A DNA stretch of 64,000 nucleotides from Myxococcota bacterium. Lineage in GTDB: Bacteria; Myxococcota_A; UBA796; CAJQPC01. Shown here one piece after another: positions 42,585 to 54,700 of the stretch. The DNA lies in the NCBI GenBank assembly GCA_036229005.1, contig JAZAMN010000011.1:32001-96000 (forward strand), written 5' to 3'. The notes under the pieces were generated by a model, which had not been told where the DNA came from, made no database searches, and saw nothing but the letters and a program-made list of their open reading frames with translations. Within the stretch, counting starts at the first letter, position 1. Each line of letters opens with the position of its first letter. The position numbers and the translations under genes are program-made.

Positions 42585-42587
42585 GGA

Positions 42588-42664
42588 TGGTGGCTCTGAC
42601 TGGACTTGAACCAGTGACACTACGGGTATGAACCGTATGCTCTAACCAACTGAGCTACAGAGCC
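42588..42664 (-). tRNA. tRNA-Met (CAT), elongator-type
   Basis: GGCTCTGTAGCTCAGTTGGTTAGAGCATACGGTTCATACCCGTAG...GTTCAAGTCC...GAGCCACCA. Paired 1-72 and no GGG/CCC anticodon stem, so not initiator. TTGACA upstream at 42710-42705. Confidence 0.93.
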
Positions 42665-42706
42665 ATGCTCGAATCGCCCCGGCTTTTAATCGGTCCGCAT
42701 GGGGTG

Positions 42707-44455
42707 TCAAGGCGACTTTCTGCTCGCGGATCCCCCACCGGGGCCCCGAAATCGCCAGATGTGCAGCTTGTCCCCCATGTGCTGGGGATCTGCCCGCTCC
42801 GCCAACCAGCGCTCCAGGGCCTGGATCTGCTCTGGCTCCAGGCGATGCACCACCAGCACCAGCTCGCGGTAGGGCTGCGTCTCCCAGTCCGGCTCGGCAG
42901 GGGCCGCCCTCCAGGCCTGCTCCGCCATCGCGAGGCCACCCACCCGAGCCAGCGCAGCCACCTGGCCGTGGTCACTGGCGGAGGCCCCCAGGCGCAGGTC
43001 GTGGGCGCCCGGGACCGATGCCCTCGCCGTCACCAACAAGGCGCTCCCCTGCCCGCCTCCCTCCATCCAGTACGGAGGGTGGGCCGCTGGCAGCACGAGC
43101 GCCGGACCCGTCAGGGTCTCCAGCCCCTCGCTCCCCACCAGATCCGGTGTCGCTGGGATCGAGAGGGCGGGCCTGGCGAGGGAGAGCTCGCCCAGCGCGA
43201 GCACCGTGAGCCCCACCGCCAGTCCTGGGGTCCAGCGCCCCATGCCGGTCAACAAGCGGGCACCAGCGAGGCCAGCGAGGGCGGTCACCAGCACCAACAT
43301 GCGGCGGGGGTTCCCGAGCACCCCAAGCAGCGGCAGGCTGTCCAGCGCGCGCTGCAGGGGCCCCGCGGCGTCGGGACGCCCCAACTCCAAGGCCATGACC
43401 ATCGCGGGCACGCCGGGCCCCAGCAGGAAGAAGAACAGGCCCATCGCCGACCAGGGGCGGCTCTCCCGCCGCGCGAGGCCGGCCAGGAGCAGCAGGCTGG
43501 CCAGGAAGCCGCCGGGCCACCGGACCAGGATGCGGCGCCACCTGGGGGGACGGCCCGCGGGACGGCGCTTGGAATCGGGAGCCTCCGAAGCGGGGCCACG
43601 GGTTGGGCGGTCCGCACCGAGGTGGCCAGCGCCTGGGGGAGGAGCAGCCTGTCCTCGCTTGGGCTTGGGTGCCGGTCGTCCGCTTGCGAGCACCCGGTTT
43701 TGGGGCGGTGAGACCGTGAAGCCGTCAGAGAACCCAAGCCGGCCCTCCGGCCCCTCCACGGCAGCGAGCAGTCCCAGCGCGAAGCCACCCGCCAGAGCGC
43801 CCATCCCCACGATCTGCAGCCACTGTCTCCACGAGCGCCAGGTCCCCGCGAGGGCCAGCGCGCAGGCCAGCACCAGGAAGACCGCGTAGTAGGGCGAGGA
43901 CAGCGCTGTGGCGAGCACCCAGAAGCCCACCCAGGGCAGGCGGCGGCGCTCCCCATCGAGCACCCGCAGCATCTCCAGGGCGGCCAGGCACGGGAGCCCA
44001 GCGGCGGCCATCTCGACGACCGCGCCCTCCAGGGAGTTGAGGAGGAAGGGGCTGCATTGGAGGAGCACACCGGCGAGCAGCGCGGGCGCGGGGCTGGCTC
44101 CCAGGCGCCGGGCCAGGAGGTGAGGACCGAGGCCCGTGAGGCCCAGGAGCGCGGCGGTGACCAAGGCGAAGGCCCGGGCGTCTCCGACCAGCGGCATCAG
44201 GGCGAGCATGAAGAGGTCAGGAAAGGGCGTCGCCGACCAGAAGGGCCGGCCCTGGGGGAAGCCCAGGAGATCGGCGTGTCCGATGGGGGCCTGCCCGAGC
44301 ACCCAGCGCGCCTGTTGGTGGAGCAGAGCCAGCCGCTGGTCGAGCTCGCTGGCCCCGCCGCCCGGCAGCATGTCCTCGGAAAACCAGGCCCGCAGCAGCA
44401 GCAGGGCCACCACGAAGTGCAGGGCTGGGAGCAGGACTCTGAGGGCGCGTTGCAT
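42707..44455 (-). CDS. Polytopic membrane protein, GT-C-like glycosyltransferase
   Basis: Many TM segments; FPQG, HLLARRLG...ALLAGVL, SPYY and NPRR motifs typical of GT-C/YfhO-like proteins. Confidence 0.6.
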   Translation of the reverse strand: MQRALRVLLPALHFVVALLLLRAWFSEDMLPGGGASELDQRLALLHQQARWVLGQAPIGHADLLGFPQGRPFWSATPFPDLFMLALMPLVGDARAFALVTAALLGLTGLGPHLLARRLGASPAPALLAGVLLQCSPFLLNSLEGAVVEMAAAGLPCLAALEMLRVLDGERRRLPWVGFWVLATALSSPYYAVFLVLACALALAGTWRSWRQWLQIVGMGALAGGFALGLLAAVEGPEGRLGFSDGFTVSPPQNRVLASGRPAPKPKRGQAAPPPGAGHLGADRPTRGPASEAPDSKRRPAGRPPRWRRILVRWPGGFLASLLLLAGLARRESRPWSAMGLFFFLLGPGVPAMVMALELGRPDAAGPLQRALDSLPLLGVLGNPRRMLVLVTALAGLAGARLLTGMGRWTPGLAVGLTVLALGELSLARPALSIPATPDLVGSEGLETLTGPALVLPAAHPPYWMEGGGQGSALLVTARASVPGAHDLRLGASASDHGQVAALARVGGLAMAEQAWRAAPAEPDWETQPYRELVLVVHRLEPEQIQALERWLAERADPQHMGDKLHIWRFRGPGGGSASRKSP

Positions 44456-44483
44456 CGTCTTGACAAGCATAGCGCCCGCGGCG

Positions 44484-44741
44484 CTACAAGAGCCGCAGAC
44501 CGATACCGAGCCCGAAGCTGCTGGCGAACAGGAAGCCAACGCCGGCCCAGGTCCCGACCTTCATCACCAAGCGCAGGCGGCCGAGCTCTTCGTCGGCGAT
44601 GTGCTCCTGGAACCAGTCATCGCGGATCCCCAGGGTGCGGATGGCGAAGGCGATCACGACGTCCGGGCGGGCCATGGCGATGAACACGCCGGTCGCCAGG
44701 ACCACGTCGGCAAAGAGCAGCAGTGTGAGGGCCAAGCGCAT
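44484..44741 (-). CDS. Small two-TM membrane protein
   Basis: MRLALTLLLFADVVLATGVF...WAGVGFLFASSFGLGIG. Confidence 0.55.
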   Translation of the reverse strand: MRLALTLLLFADVVLATGVFIAMARPDVVIAFAIRTLGIRDDWFQEHIADEELGRLRLVMKVGTWAGVGFLFASSFGLGIGLRLL

Positions 44742-44854
44742 TCCAAGGCAGGGTACCCCGACTCGGACCACCACGCCGCGCCCAGGTTCCCGGCCGGGTC
44801 CCTTCCCCGAGCCAAGGCGCCGGAAGTGGTAGACAGAGGGCTGTGGAGGTCCCC

Positions 44855-45961
44855 ATGAAGCGCCGCGATCTGCTGACCCTGGGACTGGCCGCTGGCGCGC
44901 TCACCGCCTGCGAGGGGCCTCAGCCCCGTCAGCGTCCTCAAGGCGAGGTGGGGACGGCGTTCACCGGGCAGCGCGTGGTGTGGCGTCTGGCCAGCTCCTT
45001 CCCTCGGAGCCTGGACACGCTCTATGGCGCCTGCGAGGTGCTGGCGGAGCGTGTGTTCGCCATGTCCGATGGCCTCTTCGAGATCCGCCCCTACCCCGCC
45101 GGCGAGCTGGTCCCCGGCCTGCAGGTCCTGGACGCCGTGGGTGGCGGGACGGTGCAGTGCGGGCAGTCCGCCAGCTACTACTACATCGGCAAGAACCCGG
45201 CGCTGGCCTTTGACGCCTGCGTGCCCTTTGGCATGACGGCCCGCCAGAAGATGGCCTGGCTGCTGGAGGGCGGCGGCCAGGAGCTGATGGCCCCGCTGTT
45301 CGCGGACTTCGGGGTGCGGAGCTTCTCGTCGGGCAACACGGGCGTGCAGATGGGCGGCTGGTTCAAAGAGCCGCTCACCGGGCTGGCCGACCTGTCCGGC
45401 CTCAAGATGCGCATCCCCGGCATGGGCGGCAAGGTGATGGCCAGCCTGGGGGTGAGCGTACAGAACATCGCCGGGGGCGAGATCTTCACCGCCCTGGAGC
45501 GGCGAGCCATCGACGCCACGGAGTGGGTCGGCCCCTACGACGACGAGAAGCTGGGCTTCTACAAGGCCGCCAAGCACTACCAGTACCCGGGCTGGTGGGA
45601 GCCGGGGCCCAACCTCAGCTTCTACGTGGGAGAGGCCGCCTGGAGCAGCCTGCCGGCCGCCTACAAGGAGATCTTCCAGAGCGCCGCGCTGGAGGCGTCG
45701 ATGCGCATGCAGGCCCGCTACGACATGCGCAACCCGCCCGCGCTCAAGCGTCTTCTGGCCGAGGGCGTGCAGATGTCCCCCTTCCCCGACGACGTCATGG
45801 CGGCTGCCCGCGAGGCCTCGATCCAGCTCCTGGAGGACAGCGCCGCGGCCGATCCGGGCTACCGCAAGGTCTACGAGCACTGGAAGGGCGCGCAGACCGA
45901 GCTGTTCCAGTGGTTCGGGGCCAGCGAGCTGGCGTATGCGCGCTTTGCCTTTGGGGGCTGA
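44855..45961 (+). CDS. dctP: TRAP transporter substrate-binding protein DctP (TakP-like), Tat/lipoprotein signal
   Basis: MKRRDLL...LTAC; GNTGVQMGGWF, GLKMRIPG, IDATEWVGPYDD, YPGWWEPG. Confidence 0.9.
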   Translation: MKRRDLLTLGLAAGALTACEGPQPRQRPQGEVGTAFTGQRVVWRLASSFPRSLDTLYGACEVLAERVFAMSDGLFEIRPYPAGELVPGLQVLDAVGGGTVQCGQSASYYYIGKNPALAFDACVPFGMTARQKMAWLLEGGGQELMAPLFADFGVRSFSSGNTGVQMGGWFKEPLTGLADLSGLKMRIPGMGGKVMASLGVSVQNIAGGEIFTALERRAIDATEWVGPYDDEKLGFYKAAKHYQYPGWWEPGPNLSFYVGEAAWSSLPAAYKEIFQSAALEASMRMQARYDMRNPPALKRLLAEGVQMSPFPDDVMAAAREASIQLLEDSAAADPGYRKVYEHWKGAQTELFQWFGASELAYARFAFGG

Positions 45962-45994
45962 GGTCCCGGGCTACACTGGAGTGCAGGAGGCCCC

Positions 45995-46345
45995 ATGCTC
46001 GCACTCATCCTGACCCTGGCCTGCAGCACCCAGACCACGCCCACCGCCCAGGCCGGGAGCCCCTGCATGTATGAGGCCTCCAGCAAGACCTACAAGACCT
46101 GCAACCACGCCTCCATGGGCAAGTGCCACAGCTACGGGTCCACCTGCGAGCCCGAGTGCATGTTCGAGGCCTCCAGCGGTCTGCACAAGCAGTGCGCCCA
46201 CGCGTCGATGGGCCAGTGCCACCACTACACCAGCACCTGCGAGCCCGACTGCATGTACGACCCCAGCGACGGGGTCTACAAGGAGTGCGCGCACAAGAGC
46301 ATGGGCAAGTGCCACCACTACACCGGGACGTGTGAGCCGGCGTAG
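45995..46345 (+). CDS. Small lipoprotein with three 31-aa Cys/His-rich repeats
   Basis: AGGAGG SD, LTLAC lipobox. 93-bp repeats start at 46064, 46157 and 46250. Confidence 0.85.
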   Translation: MLALILTLACSTQTTPTAQAGSPCMYEASSKTYKTCNHASMGKCHSYGSTCEPECMFEASSGLHKQCAHASMGQCHHYTSTCEPDCMYDPSDGVYKECAHKSMGKCHHYTGTCEPA

Positions 46346-46359
46346 GGGTGGCACACCCA

Positions 46360-46923
46360 TTACAGACTACGTCTTGTCTCGTTCTCTTGATGGCGCCCCT
46401 GCACTCGCGCTTCGGCGAGTTCATCCAGTTCGCGGTCCGCGGTCCTCATTAGCGCTCGCTCCTGCGGAGACCTGTTCCCTTCCGCTTCGTCCTGCCTCAG
46501 CTGACGCCGAGCATCACACAGCCACTCCGCCTGGGCCTTGGCATAGGAACGGAGCAGAAGGGCGCCGAAGGCCACCACGGTGGCGACGGAGACAGCAATA
46601 CCCGCGACTCCTGGCAGATTCTCGCCAAGTAAGGCGCAAGCTGGAACCAAGAAAACCGCCCAGAAGATCAGGCGGCTCTGTCTCCGAATGGCGAGGCTGT
46701 ACACCGGGTTCCCAGAGCTGGGTGCGGCCAGCAGTCCAAGGCCCTGAAGCAGGGCCATCACGCCTCCCAAGAGAGCCATTCTGAAGGCACTCTCAAAGTG
46801 GTAGGCCTCAGCCCCCACAGCAGAAACAACCAAGCCACCCCCGAGGAGCATCCAAGCCACGGCCTTCCGCCGTAGTTCCTCGGCGATGCCCACTGATTGG
46901 TCAGTCACAGAAGCCATCGCCAT
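46360..46923 (-). CDS. Four-TM membrane protein, candidate immunity protein
   Basis: Four hydrophobic segments. Start (46923 or 46917) overlaps the end of the upstream secreted-protein gene. Atypical codon usage. Confidence 0.55.
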   Translation of the reverse strand: MAMASVTDQSVGIAEELRRKAVAWMLLGGGLVVSAVGAEAYHFESAFRMALLGGVMALLQGLGLLAAPSSGNPVYSLAIRRQSRLIFWAVFLVPACALLGENLPGVAGIAVSVATVVAFGALLLRSYAKAQAEWLCDARRQLRQDEAEGNRSPQERALMRTADRELDELAEARVQGRHQENETRRSL

Positions 46924-48016
46924 TCTCGTCGACGCCCGTCGACAGTGTGTATTCAACGCACCCCGACGAAGATTCCGTCGTCCAGGTGCCTTCAATCGTG
47001 AGGACACCGCCAGACCACGAGCCGGTCTCAGACCACTTCTCTTCCGTGACAGTCCCCCACTTGCTGCACACCTTACACGGAACTTCGTCGTCGTCTCCCC
47101 CGGAGCCCGGGTCTGACGAGCCCCCCCCAGCAGAAACATCGTCGCCAGGGACGATGCAGATCTCGGAAGTGAGTTCCGCCTTTAGCGTATCGCGCCACTT
47201 GTCACAGAACCAAACCCCTGCCGAGATACCCGCGGCTGCTCCTGAGGCGGCTCCGTATATGACTTCGGCCGGAATCGCAGGGGCGTTCGCTCCGACCGTA
47301 GCAACGGTAAGTCCCCCGGCGACGTAGGCACCCACCACGCCACCGCCGATGAAGCCAGACACCCCTCCCCCAATAATCCCCCAACCGAGACACCCATTGT
47401 ACAGGTCGATCGTTGCTTCATTCAGCAGGTCATCACACTCAGCCGGCGGCTTGTCCTCCTCCTGGTAGGCCACGGAGACACACTCACCATCGACGCAAAG
47501 CACATAGCTACCAGCACCAAAGGTCGCCCGCCTATACTCCACCACCCCGAAACTCGCAGAAAGCGCACCATCAACCACTTCAGCGACCGGTCCGTAGACA
47601 AAGGACTCGGAGTAGGCTTCTTCCGTCACCGAGTCGTACGAAATGCTGGAGTCCACCTGCATGGCCATTGGGTAGCCCTTGAAAGTAGACCAACCAGTCA
47701 CCACACCAGCCCCAGGCACCAGGACCCGAGTCGTACTGCTGCCGGCAGCCACGTCCAAGTAGTCCAGGATCAAGAAGTCGTGCGACGAGGATCGGCTCCC
47801 CGCCAGCGTCACTTCATAGCCAGACCAGGCAAACGTGGACGAGAGCCAGGTGAAATCCCTGCACGCGCCATCGAACCAGACCTCCTCTGCGCCACAGTCA
47901 GGAAAGGACTGTGGCACAAATGACCCGAGTTCCGTGGGGTCCGACACCACCCCAGTGGTCAAGGTGGTACCGGCGTTGGCGGACAGAGCTGTCATCAGAG
48001 ACAAGAATAGCATCAC
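46901..48016 (-). CDS. Secreted Cys-containing protein with glycine-zipper hydrophobic hairpin, candidate toxin
   Basis: AGGAG SD; signal peptide ending ANA; GWGIIGGGVSGFIGGGVVG...GAASGAAAGISAG; lower GC. Confidence 0.7.
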   Translation of the reverse strand: MMLFLSLMTALSANAGTTLTTGVVSDPTELGSFVPQSFPDCGAEEVWFDGACRDFTWLSSTFAWSGYEVTLAGSRSSSHDFLILDYLDVAAGSSTTRVLVPGAGVVTGWSTFKGYPMAMQVDSSISYDSVTEEAYSESFVYGPVAEVVDGALSASFGVVEYRRATFGAGSYVLCVDGECVSVAYQEEDKPPAECDDLLNEATIDLYNGCLGWGIIGGGVSGFIGGGVVGAYVAGGLTVATVGANAPAIPAEVIYGAASGAAAGISAGVWFCDKWRDTLKAELTSEICIVPGDDVSAGGGSSDPGSGGDDDEVPCKVCSKWGTVTEEKWSETGSWSGGVLTIEGTWTTESSSGCVEYTLSTGVDENGDGFCD

Positions 48017-48142
48017 AGACTCCTGTGTTACTCAGGAGTTCCCCCCCCCGAGCATCTTGATTGTTTTGTGTACCAGTTTACTGGCGACGCGAGCCTCGCT
48101 CGCCGAACTGCTATAGACCGCTCTCTGAGCGTGCGCAACCCC

Positions 48143-50086
<1,944 letters not shown>

Positions 50087-50156
50087 GGGCGCATTGTGCC
50101 AGAGCGGGTGTGCTCGGGCGGCGCCAGAGCCGCGCGTTCCCTGGTACGGTCCTTTC

Positions 50157-50996
50157 ATGCTCGCCTTGGTTCCCCTGCTCCTGTCCTGCGCTGGCCCCGG
50201 CGACGAGCTCGCCGCCATCCGGGTCGTCTCCGCGGATCTCGACGGGATCGTCCTCAAGTCCGCGGCCGTCGTGGGGGGCGGTGTCGGCGGCCGGGCGACC
50301 CTGAACGTGTGGGACGCCCAGGGGCGGGTCCACAGCTTTCCGGTCCTCATCAAAGGCAGCACCGTCGGCGCCGTGGTCGAGGTCGATCGCGCCATGGACC
50401 TGGGCCGCTACTCCGCCATGCGCCTGCCCGATGAACCCCTGACCGGCGATCAGCTCCTGGGCCGCTACAGGGGCCCCTCCGTCGGGGTGGTGGTCGGCGC
50501 CGGGGTCACCACCTGGGACCTGGAGAACCGGCACGGCGTGGAGCTGGACAAGGAGTTCCTGACCCTGGGCGTCGCTGTCTTCGCGGGCGTGGAGTGGGTG
50601 CACTTGAGCCTCGGGGGGCCCGGGGGGCAGGTAGAGGACCTGGGCAGCTCGGAGTTCCCTCCATACGACTCCGGGCTCGACACCGCCGACACCGCCGACA
50701 CAGCCCCTGACTCAGGCGAGGACACCGGTCCCCTGACCTGGGACAGCAGCGTGCCGCCCCCTCCCCCGGGAGCGCCGATAGGCTGTGCGGTCCGCTCCGA
50801 TCAACAGCCGCAGACAAGCGACGACCCTGAGCCCGGCGACACGGGCTTCAGCGACGCCGGGGGCTCGAGCACAGACTGCGGCGGGGGCTGTCAGTCCGAC
50901 AGCGACGGCGCCTGCGACTCAAGCTGTGATGGCAGCAGCGCCTGGCTGATGGGCCTGCTGGTGATGGTCGGGTGGCGCCGCCGCCGCGCGGCCTGA
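50157..50996 (+). CDS. Lipoprotein with EipA/DUF1134-like beta domain and MYXO-CTERM-like tail
   Basis: LLLSC lipobox; GRYRGPSVGVVVGAG...LENRHGVEL; C-terminal Cys cluster, TM segment and RRRR. Confidence 0.65.
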   Translation: MLALVPLLLSCAGPGDELAAIRVVSADLDGIVLKSAAVVGGGVGGRATLNVWDAQGRVHSFPVLIKGSTVGAVVEVDRAMDLGRYSAMRLPDEPLTGDQLLGRYRGPSVGVVVGAGVTTWDLENRHGVELDKEFLTLGVAVFAGVEWVHLSLGGPGGQVEDLGSSEFPPYDSGLDTADTADTAPDSGEDTGPLTWDSSVPPPPPGAPIGCAVRSDQQPQTSDDPEPGDTGFSDAGGSSTDCGGGCQSDSDGACDSSCDGSSAWLMGLLVMVGWRRRRAA

Positions 50997-51008
50997 AGAG
51001 AGGACGGG

Positions 51009-51755
51009 CTACTCCATCTCCTGCCGCACCAGGTCCAGGTTCTCCTGGATCGCCTCGGTGTAGCTGGACTCCGGGTAGAAGGTCACCAGCCCCACCAGCA
51101 GGGTCTCGACCTCGGCGAGCTGCTTGTCGCGGGCGTCCCCGGCGGGCAGCGCCCGGGCCTGCTTGAACATGTGACCGGCGCGCTCGCGCTCGCTGCGCAC
51201 GAAGCCGTCCACCGCCTCCTGCCACAACCCCTTGGTCACCGAGTCCCAGAGGGGTCCGTCCTGGTAGGGCTCCAGGGTGCTCATGGCGCCCGCATAGTCC
51301 CCAGCGGCCAGCTGCTCGCGGGCCTGGGCCTGAGCATCCCCAAGGGCCAGCGAGGGCTCCTGGCCCAGCGTGTCCTCGACGATGAGGTCCTCTTCGACGA
51401 TGTCCTGGGCGCCCCCAAGAGCTGACGGTAGGGACAGACCTTCGTCCAGCACCAGCTCCTCCCTCTGCTCGATCTCCAGCAGGGTCTGCAGGTAGCGCTC
51501 GGCGGCCAGATCCGGGTCCTGCCCGTCCCGCAGGGCCAAGGTGTAGCTGTGGGCGGCCTGGAGGCGGTCGACGCGGTCCTGGTCCTGCACGCCCCCCTCG
51601 TCCAACAGCGCGGCGAACTCGGCCTCGTAGGCGGCGTAGTCCACCTGGGTGCGGGCGGGCGCCTGCTGGGCGGCTTTCGCCTGCTCCGGCGTCACGGCGG
51701 GCTTGGGGGGGGCGCCATAGGGCTTGACCACGCAGGCCATCAGTAGAATCAACAT
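51009..51755 (-). CDS. Hypothetical helical (TPR-like) lipoprotein
   Basis: AGGAGG SD, MLILLMAC, C-terminal YPESSY motif. Confidence 0.75.
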   Translation of the reverse strand: MLILLMACVVKPYGAPPKPAVTPEQAKAAQQAPARTQVDYAAYEAEFAALLDEGGVQDQDRVDRLQAAHSYTLALRDGQDPDLAAERYLQTLLEIEQREELVLDEGLSLPSALGGAQDIVEEDLIVEDTLGQEPSLALGDAQAQAREQLAAGDYAGAMSTLEPYQDGPLWDSVTKGLWQEAVDGFVRSERERAGHMFKQARALPAGDARDKQLAEVETLLVGLVTFYPESSYTEAIQENLDLVRQEME

Positions 51756-51764
51756 GAGGGCCTC

Positions 51765-54700
51765 CTAATCCGCGGGCTGCAGCTCGTCCCAGACACTTGG
51801 GGCGGGCTCGTCGGGGACCTCGGGGACGACCTCGGGAGCGATGCGCGCCCGGAGCCCCGTGTCCTGGGGAGGGAGCTCGGGCACCTCGGGCTCGGGATCC
51901 CGCCAGGGGGAGCCCTCCCACGCCGTGGCGCTGTCATCGCTCACCTGGGGACGGTCGGTCAGAGGGGCGAAGCGGCGCTTGAGGGCCCCGGGTGCACCGT
52001 AGACCAGCACGCTGCGGTCACCACCGGTGCTGGACTCTGCCCCATCAACGAGGTCACCCGTGGCCAGCCCGCTGTAGTCCACCACGGGCACCCGCGCGTA
52101 GCCGTCCTCCAGCTCCTCCTGGAACTGGACCTTGCCCATCAGGCCGCTGGCCTGGAGGCCCTGGACCGTGCCCATCCACGCCGGGAGCGCGCCGCTGGCG
52201 CCGGCCAGCTTGATGTTGTTGCGGACCATCTGGCGGTTGTCGTCGTAGCCCACGTAGACCGCGACGGTGTAGGCGCTGTCGGGCACCAGCCGCCCCTTGG
52301 CGTCCGCGATGGGCGCGTGCCCGATGAACGCGGCGTTGCGGAAGTCGTTGGTGGTGCCGGTCTTGCCGCCCAGGGGGAAGTCGCCCGCCACCCGCAGCGC
52401 CCGGCGCCCGGTGCCGTGGGAGACCACGTTGCGCAGGATGTCCACGGTCAGGCGTCCGGCGACGGGGTCGGCCACGGGCACCGGCTCGGGCTCGGCCTGG
52501 TAGATCAGGTTGCCCTCGCGGTCGCGGATCTCGGCGATCAGCAGCCCCGGCACCTGCTGCGGCGGCACGGCCTGGCCCCCCAGCAGCTCCGAGGTGGTCC
52601 CGGAGTAGGCCTTGCCCGGGTAGGTCCAGGCCTGGCCGGCCAGGTAGCCCTGGTAGACGTTGGCGGCCTCCAGCAGGCTGATGTCCAGGGCGCCCAGCGG
52701 CATGGAGAGCACCGGGGGCAGCTCCTCCTGCACGCCGTAGACCTGCGCCAGCTTGGCCACGTACTCCATGCCCAAGAGCAGCTTGAAGTCCGGGTGCATC
52801 AGCAGCAGCTCGGGGTCGTAGGGGTCGGTCTCCTTGTGCTGCTCAGCCAGGCGGTCCATGGCGCCGCGCATGCTGTGCAGGGTGGACGCGTGCAGGCGCC
52901 CGTCGATCAGCAGGTCGGTGTCCAGGCGGGGGAGCTCGGGGTTGCCCAGCTCGAAGATCAGCTTCTCGCCCAGGGGCTGCCAGGACTCGCTGGGGGCCTG
53001 GGTGCCGCAGGCCAGGTGGATGCCGCCAGGCCCCAGAGAGGCCCAGAGCAGGTCCACGTCCGCGGGGTCGACCTTGGGGGTGGGCTCGGGCGCGGGGGCT
53101 TCCTCGGGCTGCTCCAGGCCCAGGCCCTCCAGCAGGCGGTCGCGCAGCGCGGGCACCGTGGGCTCAGGCTCGTCGGCGGGGACGGTCTCGATGGCGTGGA
53201 GCTGCTGCTCGCAGACCAGGAGCTGGCTCTCCAGGTGCAGGAAGTTCTGGCGGAGGGCGGCCTCCTTGACGGCGTCTCCAGAGACACGCGACAGCTCCTC
53301 GGAAAAGCCCCGACCGTAGTGCAGGCTGCGGAGCTCCGCGGCGTCTTCGGGGTGACCCGAGAACTCCAGACCGCTGATGACCTCCTCTTTGACCGCCCCG
53401 AACCAGCTCTCGGAGAGCCGGGAGCGCGTGGCGATCACGCCGTGCTCGTCGCGGATGCGGGCGATGTAGTCCTGGCGGGACTCGCCTCGCTGCTGGGCCA
53501 GGCCGGTGATCTCGGCGACCCGGCGGAGCTGCTCGGGGTTCAGGCGGTCGGTCAGGTGGTAGAGCAGCCAGATGCTGGCCAGGTTCTCGGAGCGCACGCC
53601 GGCCCAGTTCAGGCTGACGAAGTCCTCGCTGCGGTGGTCCGGGCGCGGGTAGTACCAGGTGCCCGTGAAGGGGAACACGCCGCGGCGGTTGTCCAGCACG
53701 TCCGTGGGGGCCCAGCCGAGCTGCAGGGCGGCGTTGAAGACCAGGATCTTCCAGGTGGAGCCGAGCTGGCGCTTGGCGGAGACCGCCCGGTTGAAGTTGC
53801 GGTTGTCGTTGCCGCCGACCAGGGCGCGCACGGCCCCGTCCTCCAGCACGACCACGGCGCCCTGCAGCTCGGGGGTGCGCTCCAGGTCGCAGAGCATGGG
53901 CTCGCCGGCGCTGCGCACGCTCACCCACACGACGGTGCCGGGGGTCAGCCGCTTTCGCACGCTCTCGCGCAGCTCCGCGGAGCCGGTGGCGCCCTTCTTG
54001 CCCTGCGCGCCCAGGGCCAGGATGTCGGCCGCCCGCTGGAGCGCCTCCTTGTCCAAGCGCCCCTTCACGCCGCCAGGCAGCAGCAGATCCACGCCGCCGT
54101 CATCAACCGCGCTGACCTTGGCCTCCACGAAGTCCCGGACCTGCGGGGCGTCCGCATCGGGGCTGGGGCCCACCGCTTTGGGGCGGATGAAGTCCTCGAC
54201 CTTGGCGCCCTCCAGGCTGGAGCCGGCCTCGCTCAGGTGGTGCCAGAGACCGTAGGTCGCGGCGCGCTGGGCGTCGGCGTCCAGGGTGGTGACGATGCGG
54301 ATGCCCGAGGTCGCCGGGTTGTCGATGCCGGCCTCGGCCAGGATCTCCGGGAAGGGGGCCTGCTCGAGCTGCGCGGCGACCTCATCCAGGAGCACCGAGG
54401 AGTCATAGCGGAAGGTGCCCTCGGAGAAGCGCATGGGGTGGTCGAACCACTGGTCCAGCTCCTCCTTGGAGATCTTGCCGTCGATGTACATGCGCTCGAG
54501 CACGTAGTTGGCGCGCTTGAGGGCCCGGGTCTCCTTGGCCTCCCGCTGCTCGGCGTCCTTGGCCAAGAAGGGGTTGTAGTTGCCGGGGCCCTTGACCATG
54601 CCAGCCAGGAACGCGCACTCCTGCAGGGTCAGCTCGTCCTGGGGCGCATCCGAGTTCAGGTCCTTGTCGAAGAAGTACCGCGCCGCGATGCCCAGTCCGC

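Noticed and set aside
46346..48142. Integron cassette or IS element
   Set aside because: No attC-like RYYYAAC/GTTRRRY structure, transposase or target-site duplication recognised.
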